NCBI GenBank assembly: GCA_040954595.2
Contig: CM082598.2
Location: forward strand, 8,013,097 to 8,077,096
Source: Balanoglossus misakiensis
Lineage: Eukaryota; Animalia; Hemichordata
Length of the DNA stretch: 64,000 bases
Direction of reading: 5' to 3'
Part shown: in pieces, positions 62,337 to 64,000 of the stretch
How the letters are laid out: each line of letters opens with the position of its first letter
Position numbering within the stretch: the stretch's first letter is position 1
The notes under the pieces: generated by a model
Told to the model about the DNA's origin: nothing
Databases searched by the model: none
What the model saw: the letters and a program-made list of their open reading frames with translations, nothing else
Translations under genes and position numbers: made by a program

Positions 62337-64000
62337 TATCAAGGAACAGGGTTTTCTGCATGCTTTATGAAAATGTGATAGGCAGGGGAGATCATATGTC
62401 TTTGATTTTCGTCGTTATGTCTCTGTACCACCACAAACAAAATACCCGGATGTACACTGCGATAGAAATGTGACCTATTCCTTACAAGAAATCTGTTTCA
62501 CAAGTCAGATATTGCCATTGGATTCATCCTCACACTGGTACATGTTCCTCATTTGTCAAAATGATACCAGGTCTATTTTGTATTAATTCTTGTCACGGAT
62601 AATGAACATATTATTGAATAAATAAATGAATATTAATTGCATTCTTTCTTTTGTTAAGTGCTCAAAGGTACCAATGAATACAGTTATTGTTTCATCATTT
62701 GCTGAGCTTCTTGCTTTTTTTACTGAATACCGTAATCACTCCATCAGTTGAACCAGAAAAAAATAGATATGATTTGTGAAAAGCCAAACTAATAGAATAA
62801 AAATAACAAAACACAAAAAAGGCCACTCAAAGTTCTTGAATAATTTTTCAGGGGCATGTTTGCATGGCATGAACTGTATGCACTATCAGCATGTAGTTTA
62901 GGTGATATTTATGATAGAATTGAACTGTTTGAGGTCACACACACTAAAATCGGTGAATTCTGAATACCTTGGAAGGTCTAAGTTGCAGATATCTTCATGA
63001 AAAATACACAATATCAACGCATGCATTTTAATCAGTGGTCAAACAATTGAAGGTTAAAAAATAATTTATTTTCCAAAGAATAGTTGGTGGTTGAATTAAT
63101 GGAGCGGTTGAACTGATAGAGTGATTACGGTAAGTATCTAATGTTGGCTTGATGTGCAGTTTGTGTAACTGATTGATCAACCTGCAGTCTTCATATGAAC
63201 CTTCACTGTCTTCTGGTTATGCTAGTGTATTGAATTGTAAATATCGTGGACATAAATTTGTGAATTTGAAATCACCACCTGGAATTGACTTTTTTATTTT
63301 TATTTTTTTTAAATCACAATCTGAAATGTATCAGTAAAGATCAAAGGATTTTTTTGACTAACTGTATACACAGTTTTTGATGTCAAATGTCTACATCAAA
63401 TGTCTGCATCATGGCCATTTCATTGAAAGGTTTTATGGTGATGTCTGTACCCGATTTACTCATTTTTCACCTTAATGATTTCAGTACTGAAGCTAAATGA
63501 GTGGATAATTCAGAGAGTTCAGAGCTTTTGAAAATCTTCTGAATAGCAAGAGCTGAAATGACCCCAAGATCTTCATGTGCAGTAACATGGGCAAAATTAT
63601 CACTGATAATGTATTTTATTACCTATTACAGAAGTTTCAGCATTCTGTCATAATTAGACTAAGAAGGGTCCATTGTGTCTACTTGGAAGTGGTCCAAGTT
63701 CACTGTCACACGATGGTGACTTTGAGACCTAGAGGGGATGAAATGTTGTGCTCTCGAGCAAAACACACTTTTTACTTCTCACTACTTCCTCAGCCAGAAA
63801 TGGTTGCATGTCAGATAGAATAAGACAAAACACACAGTAAATTTTGAATTACAATTGTATGTCATATGCACCATAGATGTGTCACAAAATGTCAACAACT
63901 CGTTCAGGATATACAATTTGTTAGAATTTTACAATCTATGAACATGTAAATATGGAACACTGATTAATATACTTTGCATGCTTTCTACAATATTTTATTA

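Noticed and set aside
63490-63830. Further coding exons at the window end
   Set aside because: Short open stretches on either strand without recognisable motifs; they cannot be assigned.

Overview
This is AT-rich eukaryotic DNA with spliceosomal introns, probably from a marine invertebrate (inference). I found no convincing host gene: the window is almost entirely nested transposable elements, many with resolvable termini and target-site duplications (TSDs). From left to right: (1) an AcademH-type element with an intron-containing DUF6589-like DDE transposase (minus strand, terminus at 5069). (2) A divergent, multi-exon P-element-like DDE transposase (minus, ~6350-15540), tail-to-tail with a small HIRAN-like gene (plus, 5071-5697); the transposase is interrupted by an Academ derivative carrying further nested elements. 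(3) A four-level nest: CACTA MITE > L2 LINE > AcademX derivative with ~1.5-kb TIRs > full-length intact RTEX-like LINE. This LINE has a 2A-like DxExNPGP motif in ORF1 and an AUG-less ORF2 in frame behind a single TAG. (4) A Harbinger MITE > degraded LINE > young Gypsy LTR element with a tRNA-Ser PBS, RRM-Gag, a -1 slippery site, and a GT-AG segment between 65-bp direct repeats inside each LTR. (5) A second AcademH element with a RecQ-like helicase pseudogene (plus) converging on a transposase remnant (minus); it contains an internal tandem duplication and a 4.7-kb fold-back AcademX derivative built from two 5' ends. Family assignments rest on motif, terminus and TSD recognition by eye; no database searches were run.
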